From contig CAWFJP010000012.1 in the NCBI GenBank assembly GCA_963816145.1, positions 90,979 through 154,978 of the forward strand: 64,000 bases of DNA, read 5' to 3'. This DNA is from an uncultured delta proteobacterium. Its GTDB lineage: Bacteria > Desulfobacterota > Binatia > UBA9968. A model generated the notes under the pieces. It worked only from the letters and a program-made list of their open reading frames with translations, was not told the origin of the DNA and did no database searches. The translations under genes and the position numbers were made by a program. Below are positions 48,289 through 59,410 of the stretch, one piece after another. How positions within the stretch are numbered: the stretch's first letter is position 1; every line of letters begins with the position of its first letter.

Positions 48289-49293
48289 TCAAAATTTTAG
48301 GTACTTGACCATTTCCTTTTCCGTCTGCGGCGATTGGTTCAAGATAGCGCTCATGCCTTTACGGATTTCTGCCGCGGCAATATGCCGCAAATCCATTTGA
48401 GCTTTGCGTCCTAGCGCGCCGACTTCGGGATCGGCGAGGACCTTGGCAAGGGCCTCGCGCAGGATCGCCACACGCTCTGCTGGCGTACCGGGGGTAGCGG
48501 CGATGGCGCGACCCATGGCAAGTGGCGCCGTCTTGATCGACATGAGCGCTTTGCCTATGGGATCACTAGTCAGGGTTTCGTCAACCGGGAGTTGATCGAA
48601 TCCGGGCGTCGGGACCCTTGCCCGGACTAGCGGCCGAACCAAGCCGCGTTGGACGACGGGACGAACCGCTGCAGCGAAGGCCGCCCACACGTCCACCTCC
48701 TTGCGCTCGATGGCCAGGAGGATATCGGTGCTGGCTGGGTAGCCGGAGACGAACCTAAAGTTCGCAGCGGCGAATTCCTTGAGCAGCAACGGGAAATCAT
48801 GCGCGTTGGAACCGGGCCCGGTGCTGCCGACCTTCAGTTCCTGACCGCTATTGCGCATTTCTTCAAAGCTGTTGTACGGCAAATCCGAGCGGATCGTCAT
48901 GACCACGCCGTCCGCTCCCGACGAACCGAGCCACTCAAAGCCTCTGACATCGAAACGAACCCCTTCAACTTTGATCAACTGTGCGATAGCGACGTTCGGA
49001 TTGGCGGCCAACAAAGTCAGACCGTCGGGTTTTGCCACATTGAAAACGTAATTGGTGGCGACGATGTGAGCGCCGCCGGGCATGCTTTGCACGATCACCG
49101 ATGGATTGCCGGCAATGTATTTGCCAAGGTGTTGGGCGATAAACCTAGCCGCGTCGATGGTGCCGCCGCTGGCCGTGCCGACAACGATTCTGATGGTTTT
49201 GCCCTCGTAGAACGAAACCTGCCCCCAAGATGAAGCTGGAAAGCCAAGCTGCGTTAGCAACACCGCCAAAAACACTGTTCGCGTTCGCTTCAC
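48289..49293 (-). CDS. Tripartite tricarboxylate transporter (Bug/TctC-like) substrate-binding protein
   Basis: FYEGKTIRIVVG..SGG, MPGGA, KPDGLT, PGTPAERVAILREA. Confidence 0.85.
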   Translation of the reverse strand: MKRTRTVFLAVLLTQLGFPASSWGQVSFYEGKTIRIVVGTASGGTIDAARFIAQHLGKYIAGNPSVIVQSMPGGAHIVATNYVFNVAKPDGLTLLAANPNVAIAQLIKVEGVRFDVRGFEWLGSSGADGVVMTIRSDLPYNSFEEMRNSGQELKVGSTGPGSNAHDFPLLLKEFAAANFRFVSGYPASTDILLAIERKEVDVWAAFAAAVRPVVQRGLVRPLVRARVPTPGFDQLPVDETLTSDPIGKALMSIKTAPLAMGRAIAATPGTPAERVAILREALAKVLADPEVGALGRKAQMDLRHIAAAEIRKGMSAILNQSPQTEKEMVKYLKF

Positions 49294-49493
49294 AGTTACC
49301 TCACGTTAACTTATTTCCTTTTCGCGACCATTGCTCTTGCCGCTCGCTTGCCGTCCCGGAGCCACGTTCTGAGAGTTATCATCCGCCTATCATGCGCCAG
49401 CCACCGTCGCAAACATGCCGGCTAAAACATGGCGGGCAATACGGTCCGGTTGCGCCGCCTTGTGTTATCGCAGCTTGGGGACTAGAGTGATCT

Positions 49494-49688
49494 ATGGCAA
49501 GAATCACTGTCGAAGATTGTTTAGAAAAAATTCCCAGTCGCTTTATCCTTGTCCAGCTCGCCTCGAAACGAGCCCGGCAACTTCTCAAGGGCGCTAAACC
49601 ACTCATCGAATCGGACAACCGGGATATCGTGATCGCCCTGCGCGAGATCGCCGAAGGCAAAGTCCGCTGGGCGGCTCCCAAAGCCTGA
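49494..49688 (+). CDS. rpoZ: RNA polymerase omega subunit
   Basis: [10 protein letters not shown]...[13 protein letters not shown]...IALREIAEG. Confidence 0.95.
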   Translation: MARITVEDCLEKIPSRFILVQLASKRARQLLKGAKPLIESDNRDIVIALREIAEGKVRWAAPKA

Positions 49689-49795
49689 CGCCGCTAGACC
49701 CGAGCTTACCTTAAAATAATTTGCCGCAATCGATTGGCGCCGATAACTTTTCTGGGCCACCAGCCGCATGGTTTCGCGCGACTGTGGCGTCGCTC

Positions 49796-50795
49796 TCAAA
49801 CTGTTATCGAATCCTCATGCGCGCGCAAGAATTTTTCCCAAGCTGAGCGCGACGGCGCGACTTGTTCTTGCAATTTCTGCTTGCCGGTTTCGCCGAGCGG
49901 GGTAAAACTCAAGGCGGCTTGAACGTTTTGCTCCAGCGGCGCCAATTGCTCGCAGCCGATGATGACGCTGGCGACGGGCTGGCTTAAATTGAATTGCAAA
50001 AGCGCGGCGGCGGAGGCGCGGCCGGTGCCGCTGCCGACGAGCATGCCTTGACCCATCACTTTCATGGATAAGATTCCCATGTTCTTTTGCAACGCCACCG
50101 GCAAAGCGGCGCTCTCGAACGCCGGGATCGGCTCCATCCTGCGCTGGGCGATCGGATTGGCCGATTGGGCCGCATTGAGCGCCATCAAGACCGTGTCGAA
50201 ATCGTAGCGGCGCAGCGCCTCCGCCATGGCGGCGCCGTCGTTGTGGCCGGTAATTCCTATGAAACGGGCGACCTTTTGCTCGCGCAATTCTCGGACGGCA
50301 TTGAGCACGCCGCCGGCACTGGCGATGCGCTCGAGATCGTCGAGATTGCTCAAGCTATGGATCTGGATCAAGTCGATGTAGTCGGTTTGCAAGAATTTTA
50401 GACTTGTCTCGACCGAACGCAGCGCGCCGTCGCGGTCTCGCGGATCGATCTTAGTGGCAAGAAAAATGTCTTTGCGGCGCGGCTTGATAAAATCGCCGAG
50501 GCGTTTTTCGCTCAGTCGTTCGATACCGCGCCTCGTGTAGGAGCCGGCGGTATCGAAATAATTGATGCCGAAAGTGAAAGCCCGTTCGAGCAGGGTTTGC
50601 GCAGCATCTTCGTTTTCGATGGAGCAGAACCGGGTGCCGGAGCCGAAACCAATGCAGGAAACCATTGCACCGGTTTTGCCGAGGCGGCGTTTCGGCAGCG
50701 AGCTTAGCGGCGGCCAGGGCTGTTTCCGCAGCCCCCAGCACGACCGCGGCTGTAGTTGTCTTGAGAAACTGACGACGGGACCAACGTGATTCCAT
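49796..50795 (-). CDS. Tat-exported aldo/keto reductase; apparent indel near 50700
   Basis: SRRQFLK Tat motif, then KRRLGKTG, YFDTA..Y, LATK, LQTDYIDL. Confidence 0.8.
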
Positions 50796-50998
50796 GCTCC
50801 CTCCTATCGATGCCTGCCGAAGAACTGTAACGGACCCATCATAGCCCCACTGACGGTAACGGCGTCAAGCGTTTTTTCGCAGCGAGCCATCCAAGCTTTC
50901 TTCACTTGCAAAGCGCGCTGGCGCAGGAGTACAAGAACTCTACATTTGAACGAGGTTTCGCGACCCCTGGCCATAAGTTAGCTAGACGAGACGCCAAC

Positions 50999-53900
50999 GT
51001 GAACTGTCCGCGCTGCCAGCATGACAATCCTGCCGGTGTAAAGTTCTGCGGCGAGTGCGGTGCGCGGCTGGAATCCATCTGCGCTTCTTGTGCAGCTGCG
51101 AATCCTCTGGGAAATAAATTCTGCGGCCAGTGCGGTTCGTCGCTCGTTCAAGCGGCGACTTCCGCCAAGTTTGCTTCACCCGAAGCATATACTCCCAAGC
51201 ACCTCGCCGAAAAGATCCTCACCTCCAAGAGCGCGCTCGAAGGCGAGCGCAAGCAGGTCACGGTGCTTGTTTGCCGACATGAAAGGCTCGATGGAACTGC
51301 TCGCGGATCGCGATCCTGAAGAGGCGCGCAAGCTGCTTGATCCGGTGATCGAGCACATGATGGAAGCGGTGCACCGCTATGAGGGGACGGTCAGCAATTT
51401 AATGGGTGACGGCATCATGGCGCTGTTCGGCGCGCCGCTTGCGCACGAAGATCACGCGGTGCGCGCTTGCTATGCGGCGCTCAGAATGCAGGAGTCGGTG
51501 AATCGCTACGCCGACGGAGTGCGGCGGACCGAAGGTGTGCCGATTCAAATCAGAGTGGGTTTGAATTCCGGAGAAGTGGTGGTCGGAGCGATCGGCAACG
51601 ACTTGAAGATGGACTACACGGCGATCGGCCAGACCGTGCATTTGGCTTCGCGCATGGAACAGATGGCGACGCCGGGATCGGTTTTGATGACGCCGGACGC
51701 TCTGCGCTTGGCCGAAGGCTACGTGCAGGTGAAGCCACTCGGCCCGGTCAGCGTCAAGGGATTAACTGAGCCGGTGGAAGTTTATGAAGTTACCGGAGTT
51801 GGAGCCGCGCGCTCTCGTCTGCAAGCGGCCGCCGCGCGAGGATTGACTCGCTTTGTCGGACGCGATGGTGAAACCGAGCAGCTTCGAAAAGCGCTTGAAC
51901 AAGCACGGTCAGACCATGGTCAGGTGGTCGGTGTCGTAGGAGAACCTGGTCTGGGTAAGTCACGGCTGTTCTTCGAGTTCACTCATTCACATCGGACGCA
52001 AGGATGGTTGATCGTCGAAAGCGGGTCAGTTTCATACGGAAAAGCCACACCCTATCTGCCGGTCATCGATCTCCTCAAAGCCTACTTTAAGATTCAGGAT
52101 CGCGACGATCAGCGCGAAATCCGCGAGAAGGTGACCGGCAAGCTGCTCACGCTGGATAAATCTCTGGAGTCCACGCTACCGGCCTTCCTGGCACTATTAG
52201 ATGTGCCGGTTGACGATCCGACGTGGCAGGCACTCGATCCTTCCCAACGCCGTCAGCTGACCCTTGGCGCGGTCAAGCGGCTGCTGCTTCGAGAGAGCCA
52301 GGTCCAGCCGCTGATTCTGCTATTCGAGGATCTGCACTGGATCGATTCCGAGACCCAGGCGATGCTGGAGAGCTTGGTGGAAAGTCTGCCGACGAGCAGG
52401 CTGCTCCTCCTGGTCAACTATCGTCCAGAATACCAGCATGGTTGGGCCAACAAGACTTACTACACCCAACTGCGGCTTGATCCGCTGCCGCCTGAAAGCG
52501 CGGGGGAAATTCTCAATTCAATTCTGGGCAACGACCACGGACTTCAATCCCTCAAGCAGCTTTTGATCGAACGAACAGAGGGGAACCCTTTCTTCTTGGA
52601 GGAGAGCGTCCGGACACTGGTGGAGACAAAAGTTCTGGCGGGTGAGCGAGGGAATTATCATCTGGAGAAAAAGGTGGAGAGCACCCAGGTGCCGGCGACG
52701 GTTCAAGCCGTGCTGGCCGCGCGCATTGACCGGCTGCCGCCCCAGGAAAAGCAGCTCCTGCAATCAGCCGCGGTCATCGGCAAGGATGTTCCGTTCTCCC
52801 TCCTGCAGGCCATCGCCGAGTTATCTGACGAGGAACTCCGTCGCGGCCTTACCCACCTCCAAGCAGCGGAGTTCCTTTACGAGACCAGTCTGTTTCCCGA
52901 TCTGGAATACACTTTCAAGCACGCGCTCACACACGAGGTGGCGTACGGAAGCCTTCTCCACGAGCGCCAGCGCGCGCTGCACGCGCGGATCGTGGAAGCC
53001 ATCGAGACGCTATATCCGGATCGGCTGATCAGAGCAGGTCGAGCGGCTCGCGCATCACGCAGCGCGGGGAGAGGTATGGGGAAAGGCGCTGACTTATCTC
53101 CGGCAGGCCGGCACCAAGGCCGATGCCCGCTCGGCGATTCGAGAAGCAGCATCGTATTTCGAGCAAGCGCTAACTGCTCTAGGGCATCTGGCTGACGATC
53201 GCGAGATGCGCGAACAGGCCATCGACCTTCATTTCAGCATGCGTGTTTCGCTGGGGGCGCTCGGGGAACGCGAGAGGGTTCTTGAACACCTGCGCGCAGC
53301 CGAAGCTCTGGCAAATGCTCTAGGAGATCAACGCCGGTTGGCGCGGGTTAATGCGTTCATAGCGAGAATGCTCTTGAACGCAGGGTGAGTACGAACAAGC
53401 CGTCACGGCCTGTGAACGTGCCATCGGAATGGCCAGAACCCTAGACGACTACGGTCTGGAGGTTCTGACAACTAATATTCTGGGACTGACTTACTACTGC
53501 TTGGGCAATTATCCTAAAGCAGTAGAGGTGCTGACGGCGCAACCTGGCACCCATTGACAGCCCAGTGGTTCGTGAGCGCCTTGGTGGGTTCGGCCTTCCC
53601 TTCGCGAACTCGCGTATCTCGTTAGCCTTTGCGCTGGCCGAGCGTGGGGAGTTTGTCGAAGCCATCGCCCGTGGCATTGAGGCAATCCAGATAGCGGAGG
53701 CGGTCGGCCATCCCTTCAGCGTTACCGTGACGCATCGAGGGTTGGGTCATCTGCACCTCAGGCGGGGGGATCATCACCAGGCAACTCTCGCACTCGAGCA
53801 CGCCCTGGAGGTCTGTCAGGGAGTGGACAGTCCGCCTCTCTTTCACACAGTGAGTTCCACTCTAGGCTACGCCTATGCGCTCTCCGGGCGCAGCTGCTGA

Positions 53901-54364
53901 GGCAATTTCCCTCCTGGAGGAGGCCGCCGAGCGCCCCGTCATGGTCACGGTCAATGAAGGCCAATCGCTGCGGTCCATCTGGCTGAGCGAAGCCTATCTG
54001 CTGGCCGGGCGGGAAGCGGATGCCCATGCCGCCGCACAGCGCGCCTTGGGTCTCGCCCGTCATCACAAAGAGCGAGGACACGAGGCGTACACTCTTCGGC
54101 TCCTTGGGGAGATCGCAGCGCGCGAAGATCCCCTTGATATCGGCAAGGCGGAAGACCACTATCGCCAAGCTCTCGCTCTCGCTGAAGAACTCGGCATGCG
54201 CCCGCTCATCGCGCATTGCCACGTTGGCCTGGGAAACTGTATCGGCGGCCGGTAACCGACAGCAAGCGAGGACGCATCTCGCCAACGGCGTCGCGATGAT
54301 GCGCGAGATGGAAATGGGATTGTGGTTGGAAAGAGCTGAGGCGGAGCTGAAAGAGCTTAATTGA
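50999..54364 (+). CDS. Double zinc-ribbon + class III adenylate/guanylate cyclase + AAA + TPR protein; several apparent indels
   Basis: CPRC..FCGECG, GERKQVTVLFAD, GDGIMALFGAP.AHEDHA, GEPGLGKS, TEGNPFFLEE, TPR-like tail; frame breaks near 51270, 53030, 53385, 53890 and 54240. Confidence 0.85.
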
Positions 54365-54409
54365 CGATACAAGCCTGAAAAAGCTATAACTAGGTGAATT
54401 GAGGTGCGT

Positions 54410-55425
54410 ATGACATTTGGCCGGTTACTGAATGTGCTGTGTCTTTTGGTTTTGACTAACAGCGTTGTGGATCCGATGAAACATCGGCCATTTTTGCCGC
54501 TTCGGCAGCAGCGCCGTACAAAGCGGTCTTTACCTTCGGCGGACTCAACGAGCGCAGCGGCATTCTCTGGGTGGCACGGGACGCGGGGATTTTTCAGAAG
54601 CATGGTATCGACCCGACCATTGTCAATGTGCGCAACGCCCAGGTGGGCATGTCGGCGCTCGCCGGCGGGGAGACACAATTTCATGTTGGATCCGCTACCG
54701 GCACTTCGATTGGGGCGATGGCTGGCGGACTCGATCTCGCCTTCATTGCTGGTCTAATCAACAAGCTCGACGGCGCGTTTGTAGTTAATCCGAGCATCCG
54801 TTCGCCGGCGGACCTCAAGGGCAAACGGATCGGCGTGCAGAGCATCGGCGGTGGCGTTTGGATGTTCACCATGCTCGCCTTCGAGCACTGGGGGCTCGAT
54901 CCCGATCGCGACAAGATTCAGTTTCGCATCCTGGGCGACCAGTCGGTGCAAGCACAGGCCATCGCGCAGAACGTTATCGACGGCGGATATCTGAGCTACT
55001 CTTACGGCGCGCAGTTGGAGCGCCAAGGATATCGTATCATGGCCGACCTGATAAAATTGGGCATTCCGTATCAGGGCTTGGGCGTCATGGCGAAGCGTAG
55101 CTTGATCGATAAGACTCCCGAACTACCGGAACGATCGCTGCGGGCGATAGTGGAGGCGATCGCTTTCGTTAACAATCCAGCCAATAAGAATTTCGTGACG
55201 AAATCCCTGATGAAAGAGCTCCGGCTCGCGAAAATTGAAGATGCCCAGGCCGGTTATGAAATGATGCGGGTGCTTTTTGAAAAGCGCATCTATCCCAATG
55301 CCGATGGTTTGCGCAACGTCGTCCACCTCCTCGGTCGTACCAGCGAGCCGATTCGCAAGCTTAAAGTCGATGACATAATCGACGATCGGGTGGTGAGGAA
55401 ACTGGAGAAGGAAGGATTGTTCTAA
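54410..55425 (+). CDS. ABC substrate-binding protein, NMT1/SsuA-like; apparent indel near the 5' end
   Basis: GIFQKHGID, DLKGKRIGVQSIGGG, IDDRVVRKLEKEG. Confidence 0.8.
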
Positions 55426-55554
55426 CTGGCACGCTGGCGCAATTTAGGGCAGGCCCAATTGATTTAGTGTTTCGATCTGATAGTCATTGGCCAGGTGTTG
55501 AAGGTGAGGAGAAGCATAAATTAACGATACCAATTTTAGAAGGAGGAATTGACG

Positions 55555-56214
55555 ATGGGACTTCATATTAACGAAGAGGCACCGAACTTTACCGCAGAGA
55601 CAACCGAAGGAACGATTAATTTTCACGAATGGATCGGCAATGGCTGGGCGATTTTGTTTTCACATCCCAAGGATTTTACGCCGGTGTGCACCACCGAGCT
55701 GGGTTACATGGCGCGCCTCAAAGGCGAATTCGACAAGCGTAACACCAAAGTGATCGGACTGAGCATCGATCCGGTGACCGATCATAAGAAATGGGCCAAA
55801 GACATCGAGGAAACCCAAGGCCATGCGGTGAACTATCCGATCATCGGCGATTCCGATCTAAAAGTGGCGAAGTTGTACGACATGATTCACCCCGATACCC
55901 CCGGCAGTTCCGCGGGACGTACCGCGGCAGATAACCAAACCGTGCGTTCGGTCTTCGTCGTCGGGCCAGATAAAAAGATCAAACTCATGCTGACCTACCC
56001 GATGACGACCGGGCGTAACTTTGACGAGGTCCTGCGGGTGTTGGACGCGATGCAGCTTACTTCGAAGCACCAAGTGGCGACGCCGGTTAACTGGAAACAG
56101 GGCGACGATGTTATCATCGTGACCTCGGTTTCCGACGAAGAGGCTAAGAAAAAATATCCCCAAGGGTGGAAAGCTTTGAGGCCCTACCTGCGCTTGGTGT
56201 CGCAACCGAAGTAG
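55555..56214 (+). CDS. 1-Cys peroxiredoxin (Prx6 family)
   Basis: FSHPKDFTPVCTTELG, YP..TGRNFDE, VATPVNW; RBS AGGAGG. Confidence 0.95.
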   Translation: MGLHINEEAPNFTAETTEGTINFHEWIGNGWAILFSHPKDFTPVCTTELGYMARLKGEFDKRNTKVIGLSIDPVTDHKKWAKDIEETQGHAVNYPIIGDSDLKVAKLYDMIHPDTPGSSAGRTAADNQTVRSVFVVGPDKKIKLMLTYPMTTGRNFDEVLRVLDAMQLTSKHQVATPVNWKQGDDVIIVTSVSDEEAKKKYPQGWKALRPYLRLVSQPK

Positions 56215-56234
56215 TCTTGACTCGGGAGTAAATG

Positions 56235-56264
56235 AAAGAGGCGCCGTAGGGTGCCTCTTTTTTT
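56235..56264 (+). terminator. Intrinsic terminator
   Basis: AAAGAGGCGCC-GTAG-GGTGCCTCTTT-TTTT. Confidence 0.8.
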
Positions 56265-56422
56265 GAGAAATCGTCACCGGCGCTTGGTCACAAGTAATTT
56301 CATGCCATCGGCATAAATTTGCCGCCGGTGGTTAATCTTGACGCTTCAATGGCGATGGTGGTAGACCTTCGGGTATAGGCAATTGCCCAAGTTCTTAGAT
56401 TCAGCCCAAGGAGGAAGACAAA

Positions 56423-57481
56423 ATGGCTGGCAACGATGCAGGATTCGAAGTTATTATCTCGTCTGACTCTCACGTAATGGAGCCGTCGGACATCATCGCC
56501 GAGCGCGCACCCAAGGCGTTCAAAGACCAAGTGCCACGATTCCCTAAGCTTCAGGTCGGTAGCAGTTTTCAGACTCATCCCGGTGGCTCGGACCCGACGC
56601 AACGGATCAAAGAGATGGAGACCGATGGGCTCTCCGCCGAAGTGCTCTATCCGACCTATCTGCTACCCCAGTACGCCATGGACGACGCCAAACTGCAGGA
56701 AGTCACGTTCCAAGCCTACAATGATTGGTTGATCGACTACTGCAACAGTTCACCCAAGCGGCTGCTCGGCATCGCGGCGATCGCGGTGTATGACATCGAT
56801 GTGGCGGTGAAAGAATTGGAACGGTGTGCCAAAGCGGGTATGCGCGGTTCGCTGATCTGGCAGGCGCCCCATCCGGATTTGCCGCTGCATTCCGATCACT
56901 ACAATAAATTCTGGGCCGCTTCGCAGGATCTCAATATGCCGGTGCATCTGCATATCCTCACCGGTCATGGCTACCACAAGCAGACGGTCTTCGGGAACAA
57001 ACGCACCGGTGTGGAAGCCTACCGCGGCAGCGTAAACCTCAAGCTCAAAGAAATCATCGACGACTTTTTTGAATTGATTTTCTACGGTGTGCTCGATCGT
57101 TATCCTGGATTGAAGTTCGTCAGCGTCGAGAACGAGATCGGCTGGATGCCGTTCATGATGCAGCAGTGGGATTATTATTATAACCGCTTCAAGAAAGTGA
57201 ATCCGCCGCCGTTCACGAAGAACCCGAGCGAATATTTCAAAACGCAGATCTTCGGCACGTTCTTCCGTGACACCGTGGCCGGCCACAACTTCGAGTGGTG
57301 GGGTCAGGACAACTGCATGTGGTCGAACGACTATCCGCACGGCAATTCCACCTGGCCGGAATCGAAGAAATATATCGACCGCGATTTGGGCCACTTGCCG
57401 GCGGACATCCGCAAGAAGTTGGTCTACACCAATGTGAAAGAACTTTACAAAATCGATATCCCGCATCCTGCCGTTCATTAA
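56423..57481 (+). CDS. Amidohydrolase_2 family metallo-hydrolase/decarboxylase
   Basis: ISSDSHVMEP, AYNDW, VHLH, WSNDYPH. Confidence 0.88.
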   Translation: MAGNDAGFEVIISSDSHVMEPSDIIAERAPKAFKDQVPRFPKLQVGSSFQTHPGGSDPTQRIKEMETDGLSAEVLYPTYLLPQYAMDDAKLQEVTFQAYNDWLIDYCNSSPKRLLGIAAIAVYDIDVAVKELERCAKAGMRGSLIWQAPHPDLPLHSDHYNKFWAASQDLNMPVHLHILTGHGYHKQTVFGNKRTGVEAYRGSVNLKLKEIIDDFFELIFYGVLDRYPGLKFVSVENEIGWMPFMMQQWDYYYNRFKKVNPPPFTKNPSEYFKTQIFGTFFRDTVAGHNFEWWGQDNCMWSNDYPHGNSTWPESKKYIDRDLGHLPADIRKKLVYTNVKELYKIDIPHPAVH

Positions 57482-57503
57482 AACGGCATTGTCGCGATGA
57501 CTT

Positions 57504-57553
57504 AAATGGCGCGCTGACGGACGACTCCAAGTCTGCTAGCGCGCCATTTTTTT
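57504..57553 (+). terminator. Terminator-like hairpin
   Basis: AAATGGCGCGCT...AGCGCGCCATTTTTTT. Confidence 0.6.
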
Positions 57554-57596
57554 GGCGTTGATTTGAATAGATAAAATACAGGTACCTGGAGGTTTT

Positions 57597-59345
57597 ATGC
57601 CCGCACGTTACGGTTCCGACCTGGTCGTCGATCTGCTCAAAGTTCTTGGCATCGAATATGTCGCGCTCAACCCCGGTTCGAGCTTTCGCGGCATCCACGA
57701 CTCCCTGGTCAATTACGAAAGCGGCCGCACGCCCAATCCCGAGATGGTCCTCTGCTGCCACGAGGAGATCGCCGTAGCGGTGGCGCATGGCTACGCCAAG
57801 GCGACCGGCAAAATCATGCCGGCGATTGTCCACAACGTGGTCGGTCTGCAGCATGCTTCCATGGCGATCTACAACGCCTGGTGCGATCATACGCCGGTGA
57901 TGGTCATGGGCGGAACGGGACCGATGAATTCGAGCAAGCGGCGTCCCTGGATCGATTGGATTCACACCGCGCAGGTGCAGGGCAACCTGGTGCGCGACTT
58001 CGTCAAGTGGGACGATCAGCCGGTGGGCGTCGAGGCGTTTCCCTCCTCGATCATGCGCGGCTATCGCATCGCCATGAGCGATCCCGGCGGGCCGGTCTAT
58101 CTCTGCTTCGACGTGAGCGATCAGGAGGCCGCCATCGAAAAGGAAATTCCGCTGCCCGATCCGAGCCGTTTCCGGCCGCCGGCGCCGCTGCAAGCGGACT
58201 ACGACGCGATCAAGGAAGCGGCGCAGTTATTGGCGACGGCGCAAAATCCGGTGATCCTGGCCGACTATGTTGGGCGTAACAACGACGCGGTGATAAGCCT
58301 GGTCGCGCTTGCCGATCTGCTGTCGATTCCGGTGATCGATTTCGGCGCGCGCTTGAATTTTCCCAACACCCATTCCTTGAATCTCACCGGCAAAAATCGC
58401 GAGTTGATCGCCAACGCCGATGTCATCATGGGCTTGGACATGACCGATCTCTACGGCGCGCTGGTGCACTCGGATCCGAACACGCACGCCAACGTTCCCG
58501 CGACCAAACCCGGCTGCAAGGTGATCAACGTCACGCTCAAAGATATCGTGGTGCGGAGCTGGACGAGCGATTTTCAGGAATTGGCGCCGGTGGACGTGCC
58601 GATCGTCGCCAACACCAGAGTGTTTCTGCCCGCTCTCGCCGAAGAAATCCGGAAGCAGGGAAAGTTTTCCAAGAGCGTGGTCGAAGACCGGCGCAAGACG
58701 CTGGCCGCCCAGCACGAAGAAGTTCATGCGCGCTGGCAAGCCGATCTCAAGAAACGGTGGGACGAAAAACCGATCTCACCGCCGCGCCTGGCCTGGGAAA
58801 TTTGGGAAGCTTTGAAAAAGGAAGACTGGCTTTTGGTCGCCGGCGCTTTTCGCGGCTGGCCGAGCCGGCTCTGGACCTGGGACAAACCGGGGCTGTTTCT
58901 CGGCGGCTACGGCGGCGGCGGTCTGGGCTACGGCCCGGCTGCGTCGGTCGGCGCGTCGCTGCCCTATCGCGGCACCGGCAAGATCTGCGTCAATCTGCAG
59001 CGCGATGGCGAGATGCTCTACACGCCGAGTTCCCTGTGGACAGCGGCCAACATGGGCGTGCCGCTCTTGACGGTAATGACCAACAATCGGGTTTACTACA
59101 ATGACGTCGAGCATCAGGAAAAAGTTGCGATTCACCGCGGCCGGCCGGTGGAAAACAAGCTCATCGGCATGGAGATGGGCAAGCCGCCGGTAGATTTTGC
59201 CAATCTGGCGCGCACCTTCAGTGTTCACGGCGAGGGTCCGATCACCGAACCGGAGCAGATACGCCCGGCGGTGGAGCGTGCGATTAAAGTGATCAAAGAA
59301 GAAAAGCGGCCGGCGTTAGTTGACGTGATTATGCAGATGATTTGA
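57597..59345 (+). CDS. Thiamine pyrophosphate-dependent enzyme (acetolactate synthase/benzoylformate decarboxylase superfamily)
   Basis: NPGSSFRGIHDSLVNY, HEE.AVA.AHGY, GLGYG, variant RDG...NN ThDP motif. Confidence 0.88.
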   Translation: MPARYGSDLVVDLLKVLGIEYVALNPGSSFRGIHDSLVNYESGRTPNPEMVLCCHEEIAVAVAHGYAKATGKIMPAIVHNVVGLQHASMAIYNAWCDHTPVMVMGGTGPMNSSKRRPWIDWIHTAQVQGNLVRDFVKWDDQPVGVEAFPSSIMRGYRIAMSDPGGPVYLCFDVSDQEAAIEKEIPLPDPSRFRPPAPLQADYDAIKEAAQLLATAQNPVILADYVGRNNDAVISLVALADLLSIPVIDFGARLNFPNTHSLNLTGKNRELIANADVIMGLDMTDLYGALVHSDPNTHANVPATKPGCKVINVTLKDIVVRSWTSDFQELAPVDVPIVANTRVFLPALAEEIRKQGKFSKSVVEDRRKTLAAQHEEVHARWQADLKKRWDEKPISPPRLAWEIWEALKKEDWLLVAGAFRGWPSRLWTWDKPGLFLGGYGGGGLGYGPAASVGASLPYRGTGKICVNLQRDGEMLYTPSSLWTAANMGVPLLTVMTNNRVYYNDVEHQEKVAIHRGRPVENKLIGMEMGKPPVDFANLARTFSVHGEGPITEPEQIRPAVERAIKVIKEEKRPALVDVIMQMI

Positions 59346-59353
59346 ACTACATT

Positions 59354-59392
59354 GTTCCAGTCGTTCCAACGGTTCCAAACGTTCCAATTGTT
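59354..59392. repeat. 9-nt periodic GTTCCA tandem repeat
   Basis: gttccagtcgttccaacggttccaaacgttccaattgtt. Confidence 0.6.
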
Positions 59393-59410
59393 CGAATTCG
59401 AGGTGCGTCC

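Noticed and set aside
50999-54364. Multi-gene signalling operon
   Set aside because: The pieces join into one well-known cyclase-AAA-TPR architecture once the indels are corrected.
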